Positions 10,214 through 21,262 of a DNA stretch of 26,678 nucleotides are shown here, one piece after another. Source of the DNA: Tubiluchus corallicola (Eukaryota > Animalia > Priapulida); the NCBI GenBank assembly GCA_030141605.1, contig JAQGDQ010000492.1, positions 138,847-165,524 of the forward strand. Reading direction: 5' to 3'. Below the pieces are notes generated by a model. The model had not been told where the DNA came from and made no database searches. It saw only the letters and a list, made by a program, of their open reading frames with translations. The first letter of the stretch is position 1, and each line of letters opens with the position of its first letter. The position numbers and the translations under genes are program-made.

Positions 10214-10954
10214 GAAACAAGAAACTTCGTTGCACGTGCGATTTAAAATGGGTTTTACCAAAACATTGGAAAGGTTCGTCAGTTCAATGTACGACTGACG
10301 CAGGCAATACGTTCAACGTAGAATATTTTTACGACGAGGATTTTTTCCGCTACCGATTGAACTGTACAAACGCTACTACTACGACTACTACAGCAGCGAC
10401 AACAACAACTGCAGCGCCAAAAGTGGAATGTACAATCACCAGTCCCATTCGTGAATGCGACGCACGCATACGTAATAACAGAACGTGCATCATCTACTGT
10501 GGTATGAAAGCGGGTACGGAAGTTTCCAGCAGCATAATAACAAAACTATCAGCCGTCGCACCGCCCTTTTTTCATAAACTGTGGATAGAGAAGTATAAAG
10601 ACGAAGAACTTCCTGAGAGCTTTATTTCCGGAAAGACTGTTGAACAACTTCACCTGACACGTTCCGACCTGATAATGCTAGACAATTTTGCCATTTATGG
10701 GAACATAACCAAGTCTATCGAACTGTCTAATCTGCCCTCACTCAAGATTATTCATCCTCGGGCACTTTACAAAATGAACCACGTGATTCAAATAACTATA
10801 TCAGATTGCAGACAATTAGCAAGTGTCAATTTGGACCTGTCTAACAATGTTCGCATTTCATCTATTGTGATTATGGGAACCTCACTTCAGCAAATGAACA
10901 GGCCTGTCCTCCATCCTGACAGGTATCCACGTGAAATATTTCTACAAATTACAG
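10214..10954 (+). CDS. Internal exon B of the modular LRR protein: LRRCT + Thr-rich linker + Cys cap + LRRs
   Basis: Acceptor ttttgcag|GA at 10213/10214 and donor ACAG|gtaact at 10954/10955 give a 741-nt, open, phase 1-1 exon. It reads GNKKLRCTCDLKW...NCTNATTTTTTAATTTTAAP... and is paralogous to exon A. Confidence 0.9.
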
Positions 10955-11768
10955 GTAACTTTTATTAACTGTTTAATTTGCTGCTCAGAGAAATTGGCAA
11001 CATTTTTGTATCTTTTAGCGAGTGGTGCCTATATTAGCTTCCGCTATGAACAAAATTTCTCCAATTCTTATGTTACTTTAACTTGTAAATAAAAAATCAG
11101 AAGTACAGTTATTTGCTACCTGTTTGTTCAAATTTACACTCGATGCAATTAAGGAAAGGAAAACCTTCCTAGAAGATACATTAGTTACATACAAGAAGAT
11201 ACTAGAAGAAATCGTTAGTTTTATTCACCTGTACCCTATATAAAAATGCTATTAAATACTAGTAATATGATCTTTGCAAAACAGTAAATTCTTTTAGTTT
11301 TTATTTTAATGATATTTTATTGTGTTATTGCATATAATTTACCAATAGATTGTATCAGTATTGCTCTCCGTATGACCTTAGTAATTTTAATCATTTTCTA
11401 ATGTTCTTAATTGTCTTTTTCACTGTAAATGTAATTTTTTTGTTTTTAACTGTAATTTTTGAATGCAATGTTATAAATCCCAATCCGTTGCACCTGAATT
11501 GGTAAGTTACCGGCTGTTTACAGATAGATTTGAAAAGTTTCACAAATTAAAATGTGTAACTAATCATACCTTCCGTGAAATAACAAACGGTGAAAATGGT
11601 AGATTCCGAGCAGGGGGGGGTGAGTTGCTCTTTGTTTTATCTTTCTTGGCAGATTGGAAATATCGTTTAAAGTTTCTTATATCAAAACCCAAACTGGCAG
11701 AAATTGAAACAAAGATTTTAACTCTGCATTTAAGTATCGAAAACGCAACGTTTTTTCTTGTGCTCTAG

Positions 11769-12010
11769 GTAGTCCTCTTGTTTGTAATTGTTCCATGAAG
11801 TGGACAAAAGAGGAGCTGTGGATTGGAGGAAAGCTCGACTGTGCGATTCCGCATAGATTGCATACAGAACAAGAAATCACCTTAGAAGAGTTTTGTGAAA
11901 AACCTTCTCACGTGTCACACGATGAACCTGCAGGCGGAATTCAGATGAACACGTACCTAGATGTGGTGGCACCATTTATTACATTAGTTGTCATCAACAT
12001 TCATAGTTAA
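11769..12010 (+). CDS. Terminal coding exon C of the LRR protein: LRRCT + short spacer + hydrophobic C-terminus (GPI-signal-like)
   Basis: Acceptor ttttttcttgtgctctag|GT is phase 1 and joins exon B in frame. It reads GSPLVCNCSMKWTKEELWIGGKLDCAIP...EITLEEFC...YLDVVAPFITLVVINIHS* with TAA at 12008-12010. Its LRRCT resembles the start of exon A (CNCGLEWTK...DC..P...EIKLGEF). Confidence 0.85.
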
Positions 12011-12179
12011 GCCTAATGAACGTTATGTCATTAAAGCAAAGCATTCTGTTCATGATCACAATGCCAAAGAATGAGAAAGTGCTTTCACCAAAGCGCACTT
12101 TTTTCTCCTGAAATGAATAAGACTGACCACTTGTTAAACAAACGAAAATTTTATCCTCTTAATTATTTGAAGTGCAGTG

Positions 12180-12260
12180 TTATTATTTTTATTTTATTTT
12201 ATTTCATTTGATTTTTTACTTTATTTTATTATATTTTATTATTTTATTTTATTTTGTTTC
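12180..12260. repeat. (TTTTA)n low-complexity tract
   Basis: Visible directly. Confidence 0.8.
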
Positions 12261-14236
12261 AGGTTAATGTTAACAGAAATAATCGCCTTGATAAAAATGG
12301 CTAGAATATAGTATGGGAGTAAACAGTGATCATTGGCGTTTAGTTACATTTGACCTATACTACATTCTAAAAACATAGATTAAGTTAGTATTAAACTGAT
12401 CAGGCAATATTAGAACATAAACGTACATCTATTCAATGGGCTCATGTCTAATGAGATTGTTTATGACTGTAAAAATTAAAATATTACAATAACAAAAAAT
12501 CAAACAATAATTAAATTTTTTACATTGCATCCTGTTTACATTTAAGTTGATTGGACGTACAGAGCACAAACTTCAAACAACAACTTCATAATTTTGCTTT
12601 TTTATGTTCAATTTTACAGGTAGCATATAATAAATGTTGTTTCTCATTGGAAGGTCATTGTGGGAAAATTTAAATTTAACTCAATCTAGTGCTGTTCTTC
12701 GCAAACGAACTAGTCAAAGAATTTGACATCCACTGTTCCTATTTTGTTGTGTCAATAAACAAAAACACGACTCCATTAAACGTTGCGTAAGGGAATTATT
12801 ATTATTATTATAAAACTTTTAAACAGAAATTCATTCCAAACCAAGTCCTCTATTTGCAGGGCAAAAGTAACGTAGTATTACAAATATTACAGATTATTAT
12901 CGTTATTATGGCTAATTAACACTTAACACTGTAGTTACAATATGAGTGGGTTACCTTTCGCTTAAAAAGTTAGTTGCAAATAAATACATTATTACCACCA
13001 TTTTTGTCATTGAAATGATCTTTACCTTTGGGTCATTTAATTCTGTTGAACTGTTTTGTTAACAAATATGCTACAAACATTACCAGAAAAAGGTCGGATT
13101 TTAAACACCACCGACAATTTGTTCCTTTCTCACAGCACCAGACCCACCCAGAGATCAGCAAATTTTGTGACATAGATTCGTAACGTGCTTTCAAATGACG
13201 ATTTATCAGGTTTTATACGCTCCAGCTTAAATGTCACATTCCCACAGTATTTACAAGTTTGCTATGCACTGTGATACACCGTAGCTATTGATGACCTCAA
13301 TGCACGAATTACAGTGCTAGAGAGGATCGACAATGTACACAGGAAAACTTTTTTCTGAACCATGTCAACAATAGCAATGGGGAATTAGAATTAACTGCGC
13401 CGAAGAAGCATACATTTGCATTAAGTTTAGGCAATAGTACTGTCGATTCTGGCTCAAGCGGGATGTCCAGTCAGTTCCTTTAATGGGCGTTTATCCCGTG
13501 CTCACAGTAACGGAAATCAAAACTGACTCTCCGTCAAACATCCGCTAGGTTTTTGATTTTAAAAATGGTGAGTGGCCTAGTTGATCACCTATTCTAGAAC
13601 AGCACTTTACAAGCATAATAGTACACATTCAAAGCAAACACATCAAAGCGATATGGGTTTTTGAACTATATGAAAGAGCAAACGAAGACGCGTTTCTCTC
13701 TAAAAAAACTATTACGAGCCACAGCAGTATTGGTCAGCAAACCGTATTGGTCAGCAAACCTAGCTTACAATGTTAGACACTTGAGGAAAAAATACTCTTC
13801 ATGTTTCCAGTGTGTCAAATAAATTAGCATACATAAAAGCAAAATAACAATTCAATATATCAGTGAAAAGGAAATCCTAATGCCTTTTATTATGCTCTAA
13901 GATTGTAATATTTATTCGGTAGCTTTCGCCCTAGTGGGCCTCGTCAGCTTATAGAAAGGCTGCTAACCCAGAAAGTGCTAGTAACCTGAGACATTCGGAC
14001 GAGAGCTACTGAACAAATATTATTTGACACTTGAAGGGCATTACGTTTTTTCTCTGCTAACGGTAACAAGTTTCGGGAACTCTCCCGTATTTCAAAATCT
14101 GTAACAGATGAGCTGAACAATTGGGTAAACAAAACAAGCGAAAACGTACTGCAAAACGCACAAAAAGTTTTTGGCAAAAGGTTAGACATAAGAATTGAGA
14201 CATTAAAGTACCAAAACCAATACTGTATATTTTTTT

Positions 14237-14640
14237 CAATTCAATTCAGTTTTATTTGTACAAATGCATACAAAGTACATTGGCAAAGCAATACAATATA
14301 CAGCAATACAAAGCAGTACAAAGCAGTACAAAGCAGTACAGAAAACAAAGAAAAACGCAACGCACTAATACAGACATTTTTCAACTGTCCTCATTTAAAT
14401 GAATGCGCTTTTGACAATGAGTGGCTACAGAAAGTACAAAACTTCTTCCACAAACAGTTCACTTATCAAGTTTCAAATAAAAAATTTCAATGGCAGAACT
14501 TACACGGGTAAATATAAACGAGCGGCAAAAGTCTGGATACAAATGGGTGCCCTCCAAAAATCAATCATCATATCGGCTTTTGGGCAAAAAACCAGCATCT
14601 GGCCTTGACAAAATGCCAAAGTTATGTTTTTAAAAGCACG
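14237..14640 (-). mobile_element. Probable decayed LINE 3' end with AATAAA and a (TTGAA)n tail
   Basis: The minus strand ends AATAAAACTGAATTGAATTGAA. Weak ORF2-end-like peptides are present (RAFK, IQTFAARLY, NCLWKKF), plus an internal (AAAGCAGTAC)3 repeat. Confidence 0.45.
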
Positions 14641-14771
14641 ACAAATCAAATTACAGTGATCCTAGCAATTATAGCCTATCACAATTTCACCTTGTTATAA
14701 TAAATTAGCCGAAACATTCCCTGGACGATGAACGGGAAGGTTTAGGCTCGGTGGTAGTACCAGCAGATACC

Positions 14772-15125
14772 TGCGATTGCGATTGCGATTGCGATACTCG
14801 ACTCTCTCCACCTATCCGAGGCGGGCACCTTTATAGGGTGCAAAGTCTCTTCTTCTTTAACGCTGATCTTTTATTTGTCTTTTCCAAGTTTAATGTCTTT
14901 ATTTGTCTTTATCCTGTATTCCATACATTCGTTCACTAGATTTCTAATTTCTAGCAATCCTTCCTTTTCACTGTTCATTAATACTTCTGAGTTCAAAATT
15001 TTTTCCATTCTCCATATCTGTAACATCTAAGCATATGTTCAGTAGTGTCATCATCTTCCTCACACACTGGGCATAATACGTTTACAGAAACATAATAAGC
15101 TTTTTTACAAGAGCATTATTTAATC
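14772..15125 (-). mobile_element. 5'-truncated non-LTR retrotransposon: ORF2 C-terminal CCHC zinc knuckle, 3' UTR and (ATCGCA)4 tail
   Basis: Minus strand 15073-15023 encodes CPVCEEDDDTTEHMLRC (CX2CX8HX3C). After a frameshift it continues ILNSEVLMNSEKEGLLEIRNLVNECMEYRIK...*, followed by a short GC-rich UTR and a hexamer tail at 14772-14795. Confidence 0.8.
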
Positions 15126-15205
15126 AAATCTCCACTCACTAAAATGGGAGGCGTTTCAGTTTTATGAATTCCTACTGAGACACTGCGGAATGTTTACTAT
15201 TGCGA

Positions 15206-15605
15206 CAAGGGGCGCATCAAGTCTTTACGGTGCCCTAGGCTGGTAGCTCTGTCCAGACAACTCTATTGCGAATTTGTTATTGCTTATGTAATGAACAGAT
15301 TTAACAATTACTTGTGGTGTATTAGAAACACCATTAACCAAGTTTCTGCACAGTCTTTGTTAATTACATGTACTTGCATAGCGCTTATAATCAAATAGGC
15401 TAAGCAACTGCTTGTTATGTACTACATTGCACTTCGTTACGTGTCACTTGTTTAAACGATTTGCTCAGTAACTGCCTGTGGTGTGTTATAAAATGCGCAA
15501 TTTATATGAATTTGAAAGTATACACATTTCCTGAGGAGAATAATTTTGCCTAAATGTGACGCCCTAGGCTATAGCCTAGTTAGCCTATTTATTAGCGTGC
15601 TCTGA
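15206..15605. mobile_element. Possible old hAT-like MITE
   Basis: GC-rich ends CAAGGGGCGC...GCCCTAGGCT and GCCCTAGGCTATAGCCTAGTTAGCCTA...GCTCTG flank an AT-rich core. No TSD was identified. Confidence 0.3.
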
Positions 15606-15765
15606 TTGCTAAATCCCATTTTAATCCCGCTATTAAATCACATTTTAAGATGTCTGTTTGTATTTTTATTTTTCCAGTGTATTTTTATATTTTGTCTGTT
15701 TTTTTATTGTAGAAAAGAGCTCTAGCAGGTTATTTTATCCATGTAGATAACTGCATTGGATAAAA

Positions 15766-15841
15766 TTTACCTTAATTCACTTTACCTTAACTTACCTTAC
15801 CTTACCTTACCTTACCTTGCGTTACCTTAACTCACCTTAAC
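15766..15841. repeat. (CCTTA)n microsatellite, imperfect
   Basis: Visible directly. Confidence 0.85.
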
Positions 15842-16443
15842 TTTTTTGCATAAGCAAGGCACTGTGTGGAATGGCCACGCATTATTGATCATGTTATGGG
15901 CAAATCTACAAATCTAATGATAGTTCGTGTTACAGATGAAGGCCAGCTAAGCTGATCTCTGACATCAAATTTGTTTCCTGGATGCCAAACTAATTAATTT
16001 ATAATGTGATACATATTTAACATAGCAAACACAAAGTTTCGCTTTTGTGTCTCAGAACAGAAGCTGATTCATTTTCTACTTCAAACATCTGCCGCTAATT
16101 AAGCTTTACATAAATTAACCTTTGCTTTTAGATTTCATTGGCTGCATTGAACTCTGTTATAGTTTTCATACATAATTTATGCATCTGATGCATCAAACAG
16201 ACGATTGGTGATTCACACTCCAATTTCAATAATAATTTCATCTCGTAATAAATGTTAACTTGACTTATAAAGAAATTCAAACGTAATACGGCAGCGGACA
16301 AAAATATGGCACGTTAAACTTCTTTAATAAAGTTGAGTTTTCTGCATTATGTGTCTAAATCAAATTATTTAGGATTCACTCAAGGAAAAGGATTAGCAAT
16401 GGAGTACTGTAAACCCTGCCATAGTGTCTTAATACCCGCCTTA

Positions 16444-17115
16444 TGCCCATTTCACAGTGAGGATAAAGAGCAAAATTCCTTTAGGACAAATTCCTTGCAT
16501 CTTTTTCCTCCCAAAAATGGAACTCATTGCTTCCTATGGCGTATTTCACAAAGACGTCTCATAAGGAATTTTCCTCGTGGAATTAGTCTTGATTTAAATT
16601 ATGTGCGCAAAAACTTCGTGGTCATTTTGTTTTTTGCGTTTTCTACCCTTTCTGCTAAAGTTTGCGTGAAATGGTAGCGGCTTTTTCTGGGTGGTTCAGC
16701 GGAGTAAAATTTATGAAACTGGCTATGTTACCCACATTTAGAAAAGAACGCTTCCAGGATTCTACTTTTCTGAAAATTCGTCTAGCTTTAAAGTAACAGT
16801 AAAATTTCTCGCGTTCGCTGCTCTCCTGTTTAGATAAATGAATGGGACAAGTAACGACGGTATAATTAATTCTGAAGTAATATTATTATGCGCACAGCAA
16901 AAAGATGGAGATTAATAAAATATGTTACATATATAATCGCTACAAGTTTGCAATTCGCAAAGTAGCCGGACACGCGCAAAAATCACGTGATTTCTGTGGG
17001 AAATGAACTTTCATTCTGTTTGAGTTCTCGCGAAAAAATAGGAAATGATCTGAAAAGTTTCTGATTTTCTAACAGCTATTCCAGATTTTTTAGCGCACCC
17101 AGTGTGAAATGGGCC
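16444..17115. mobile_element. PIF/Harbinger (Tourist-like) MITE, 672 bp
   Basis: TIRs TGCCCATTTCACAGTG (16444-16459) and CAGTGTGAAATGGGCC (17100-17115) match at 14/16 positions. TTA occurs on both sides (16441-16443, 17116-17118). Confidence 0.72.
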
Positions 17116-17626
17116 TTAGTTTACATAAACTAAACAAGTTTCAATCAATTTGGAGAAAAAGTTAACGCCCAATTAAAGTCAATAAAATGTTCGCCTGTAA
17201 TGTTTGTCATGAAAATTGTAGCTGAAATGCTTCTAATTATGGATTGTAATCAGTTATAACAATCAATAATTTCATTTTCTCACATTGTAAACAGTCATAT
17301 TTCACATTCTTTATTTTATTTTACTGTTAATATTTACATTTCTTTATTTTACCAATTCTTAAAGCACAGTAATACACTCTGAAATACGGTAACTCTCTCC
17401 CTCTCTCTTTCTCTTTCCCTATTATTGCATTATTATACCACAACCGTTATGATTACTGTGGCTTAACAACGCATTAAATATTTATGAAATCTCAATTAGT
17501 GAGTTGAAAGCTTGAGAAGAAACAAAGGACGGTGTTAGTCACGTATATGACTCATCTGATTTATTATTGAAACTTGATTAGACATGCACTGAAATTCCAA
17601 TTAAATTAATGTAATTCATCTGCTTT

Positions 17627-17915
17627 ACAATCCCGTTGTAAAAGAGGCGGGGAAAAGACGGACTAAATATATGTATCAAGTAGACTTGAGTGATTAGTAT
17701 AATCCCTTTGCAAAGGAGGGGGGGAAGACGGACTAAATGTAAGTATCAAGTAGTCTTGAGTGGTTAGTATAATCCCGTTGCAAAGGAGGCGGGGAGAAGA
17801 CAGACTAAATATAAGTATCAATTAGACTTGAGTGGCTAGTACAATTCTGTTGCAAAGGAAGCGGGGAGAAGACGGACTAAATATAAGTATCAAGTAGTCT
17901 TGAGTGGCTAGCACA
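17627..17915. repeat. About 70-72-bp tandem repeat, 4 copies (AATCCCGTTGCAAAGGAGGCGGGGAGAAGACGGACTAAATATAAGTATCAAGTAGACTTGAGTGGCTAGTAC-like)
   Basis: Unit starts lie near 17629, 17701, 17771 and 17843. Confidence 0.92.
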
Positions 17916-18212
17916 AACACCTTGTATTAGACTACGAGCCACGCAGAACTCCATTGTTTTGACCAACAGGGTCCGGTTTTGCTTTAAACAAATCCACTCA
18001 ATAACTAATGCGTTATTTGCTTAAAAATCCCCACCAGTTTTCAACGCGTTGATTTCACGCACTCGATCCAGCCATGTATGATTTTCTGTGTAACCTGTAA
18101 GTTCCACTACGTCTTAGAAATTGCTGGAAGGAAAGAACATGTCCATCTCTGTTCCAAAATCGCCCCTTACGATAAGTGGACAACCAACACATTCTTTCAC
18201 TGCAACTAAAAA

Positions 18213-18326
18213 TACGGCCAAATCACGTTGAAACACCGCTTCTCGTCTGATCACCGAAGTTAGGCAACGTATAGCCTGGTTAGTACGTGGATGGGTAACC
18301 GCCTAGGAATAACTGGTGCTGTAGGC
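18213..18326 (+). pseudogene. 5S rRNA-derived sequence (diverged; head of a SINE rather than a functional 5S gene)
   Basis: TACGGCCA..TCACGTTGAAACACCG.TTCTCGTC.GATCACCGAAGTTAGGCAACGT...GCCTGGTTAGTAC.TGGATGGGT.ACCGCCT.GGAATA.C.GGTGCTGTAGGC matches the animal 5S consensus. Box A is at about 18258-18269 and box C at about 18288-18300. The first nucleotides are missing and there is no oligo-T terminator. Confidence 0.92.
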
Positions 18327-18720
18327 CTGCGGGATGCTCACACTGTATCTCGACACTAGGCAGGGCAGCTGCACAAGCAGCCAATGGCTAGAGGGCGGAG
18401 GACTCAACAGCCATGTGTAGAGAAGTAAACCTTTCAAATCAGGAGTGGAGCCCCGAAGGCGGACCAGTGCAGCATGCTCACTGACTCCAGCAGCTCCTGC
18501 AGCCAACCTGGTGCCAGACGTATCGCCCTGCTTTCCTTTGGACTACAGCAGCGAGGAAGAGAGGGGGTTCCTGTTGTCTGGGCAACTCAGGATCTCCATA
18601 CACCCTGCCCAAGCGTGCGCCCTGGAGACGTTCAAGGATCGGAGCTCCATCAATGTGATCAATAACTGACTCTTGAAGCACATTCCGTTGTCTTCCGAGA
18701 CAGAAGGATGCCAACTAACT
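18213..18720 (+). mobile_element. 5S rRNA-headed SINE (SINE3 type), about 510 bp, with a GC-rich body, a 3' stem-loop and an (AACT)n tail
   Basis: The 5S head runs directly into a GC-rich body with no TTTT. A 3' hairpin TGTCT-TCCG-AGACA lies within 18681-18710. The flanks carry a TSD-like pair, AACTAAAAATAC (18204-18215) and AACTAAAAAAAATAC (18717-18731). Confidence 0.78.
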
Positions 18721-19324
18721 AAAAAAAATACCCTTCTATGCTTGAAGGATTACTGTTACCGTTCAATCAAAATATTTTTCGCGAGATACCACCTATACTA
18801 TACTATGCACAGACCATAAGGTTTTTATTTGTCGTAACTGTCAACATGCCGTATAAATTTGGCCCGCTAGCACAATACGCACGTCGGACACGGCGTATAA
18901 TATTCTTGCTATTCTGTAACAACAATATTCTTAAGTCAACCATTAGTGTTGGCAATACGCGCAATTTTGATAAGCCAAAATCACTCTTGCGTTTTTAATA
19001 TAAGAAAAAGATCTAAAAAATAATTATAATTTAAAAAAACTAAAAACATTCATGAAAATGAAACACAATTGTAGCAATTAGCTTGTATTATGTAAAATGT
19101 TACTGTTTCCCTGAGGAAAGAGGCAAGCAGACCCTGTGATGGGCCGCATACTGTGTGAAAAAGAAATGCATTCTTAACTGATTAGGAATCTATTGGAGGT
19201 TTTGTCTTCACTTGTTATTTAGTGAAAGGATAATTGCCTTTAAGCACTACACTTCTATAAAATTATTAAACACCAAAATAATAGTCAGAAATGTGAAAGT
19301 AACGCGTAATATGTATTTATTATT

Positions 19325-19351
19325 AGAGAGGAGAGAGAGAGACAGAGAGAA

Positions 19352-19383
<32 letters not shown>

Positions 19384-19395
19384 CGAGCAAGAGAA
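19325..19395. repeat. (GA)n microsatellite
   Basis: Visible directly; source of the ERERER run in ORF 19212-19487. Confidence 0.95.
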
Positions 19396-19487
19396 ATCCT
19401 CTTTATCTTGTTCAGCGATTTCCGCAATTGAAATTCGCAGACCACTTCAAAAACGAGCCATTTTTCATGTTTCTACAGGTAACTTAA

Positions 19488-20047
19488 AGGAAGCCATGAT
19501 GGTTTTTCATATACTACCCCATTTTCAAGTCCGATAAAAAGGAAGCATTTTAACACAATTAGTACTGCAAAACTGTTTCTGATAATTAAATAACAGATTA
19601 AAAACTTAATTAAAGGCGGCCGAGCTCAACTATTGATGACATCACAAACGAACATAACTTTTAACAGCAAAGATATTCCACGAGCGTGTCGTACGTGTTT
19701 GCAAAAGCAAAAATTGAAGTACAGTGCTACTGTAAGATATTCAGCGTGTTGCATTAAAACTAGGCAAGTTTTAAGATAAAAATTCAAATTTTAAATTTAC
19801 CGCTGTGCTCGCGCATGAGCTGTCGAACGTGTGCAGTTCATCACAAACAAACAAATCTGAACTGAGAGGCACAGCACCTGCTATTCGTGCAATGCGTTTC
19901 CGAAAGACAGTCGCTATATCCCGTCTAACCAGCGAATTGCGAAATGCATGTAACAGCGAAAGAACTAGTGGCGCGAACGTGAAATTGCGTTTGTGTGATT
20001 ATAATTCTTTCACGTAAGTCATTTTTGAAAAAAACTGTATGTTTCCT
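19488..20047. mobile_element. Kolobok-like non-autonomous DNA element, about 560 bp
   Basis: The left end is TTAA|AGGAAGCCATGATGGTTTTTCA and the right end is TGAAAAAAACTGTATGTTTCCT|TTCA (imperfect TIR, degenerate TTAA). A second copy of the left end lies at 1384. Confidence 0.5.
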
Positions 20048-20080
20048 TTCAATATTTTAATGAGTAGAATGTTATGACCT

Positions 20081-21262
20081 TGTGATGATCGGTTATACCA
20101 GCCATCATTGTCGCAACACCTATTTTGATATATCTTTCCTATGATTTTGTGTGTGCATAATTAATTATCTAATTACCTGATTGATTTATTGCACTGTTTA
20201 TTTAAACTTATATTACATTGTGTTTTTTGTAAGATTATGACACTAGATGGCTCTGGCCGCTCATTTCTCTGCTTACCTGTAATTAGGTTGCCTGAAAATT
20301 CGAATACTAAATGGCTTCAACCTGTTTTGGGATCTTACTACAGAGTTCGTGTTTTACACTAGTTATGTTCTGACTGTCAAAGTTACAGGGTGGTGGAGTT
20401 TTGCTGGTTAGTCCACATCCTGAGGTTATTTTATATGGCTGAACACCAACTTTGGTGTGAACCTGTCTTTAATGGTACTCGTATGCAGTAAGATGATTTG
20501 TCACAAAGACAATGGTTTTGTCTACTTTCGTTTACTCGTTGTTTGCTGTGATGACGCTGTCTTGACATTCCAAGAAGCAAGTGTTTGGTAACCGTATTTC
20601 TACCTGCAGAATAGGACTCAAATTATCGCTGAATAGTAGGGGAAAACCAGTTGAGGACCAGTTCTACCTGGACCAATGGTCTGTCTGTTCGTCTGAACTA
20701 AAGGTTCTGTTCGTCACCCTGCGAAAGGACGATATCTGGCTTTATCACTGGAAGGCTGGGGCAACCAGGTACGAGTTCAACCGCTGCATTGCTGGAGCAG
20801 TTTTAAAGCGTGGCCCATGCTGAGGCTGGGTTGGTGACCACTGGCAAAGAGTTGCTGACAAGGTCGTGGCTGACTGCCGGAGACGAAAAGCCGATGTGGT
20901 ATGGTTGGAGACTCAAGAGCGTGGTTGATAGATCCAAAAGCCTGATGAGAGACAGAAGCGAAGCCGGCCAATGTTACTTTTGGGGGGAATTAGTTATTGT
21001 TCGAAATTGTTATCAATTCAATTTTTGATGTCATTGTTTTACTGATTAAACTCTAAATCTAAATATTAGTTTATAGTTCCGTTGTCGTTCTGATTAAATA
21101 ATTTGCACGTGCACACAAGTGTTTTCACTGATTCACGTAGCCTACACAAATAAATGATTATCCTGTAGGTTTAGCATATAAAAGTGACGGAAACGCTCGA
21201 GAACCCTGAACACAGTACTCCGATTTCTTAACGTCCTGACTTAGTTATTACACGGCGTCACA
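20081..21262. mobile_element. Solo LTR of an LTR retrotransposon, 1182 bp
   Basis: Termini TGTGATG...CGTCACA (TG..CA, 6/7 inverted match) are flanked by an exact 5-bp TSD, GACCT (20076-20080 and 21263-21267). There is no internal gag/pol. ATTAAA motifs near 21045 and 21093 suggest + orientation. Confidence 0.85.

Noticed and set aside
15766-15841. Interstitial telomeric repeat
   Set aside because: The unit is CCTTA (TAAGG), not CCTAA (TTAGG) or CCCTAA (TTAGGG).
18213-18326. Functional 5S rRNA gene
   Set aside because: It is 5'-clipped, has several substitutions against consensus, lacks an oligo-T terminator, is not in a tandem array and is fused to a SINE-like body.
18303-21028. Clusters of short overlapping ORFs at 18303-18714 and 20581-21028
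   Set aside because: They fall in the GC-richer SINE body and solo LTR, where stop codons are rarer, and show no recognisable domains.
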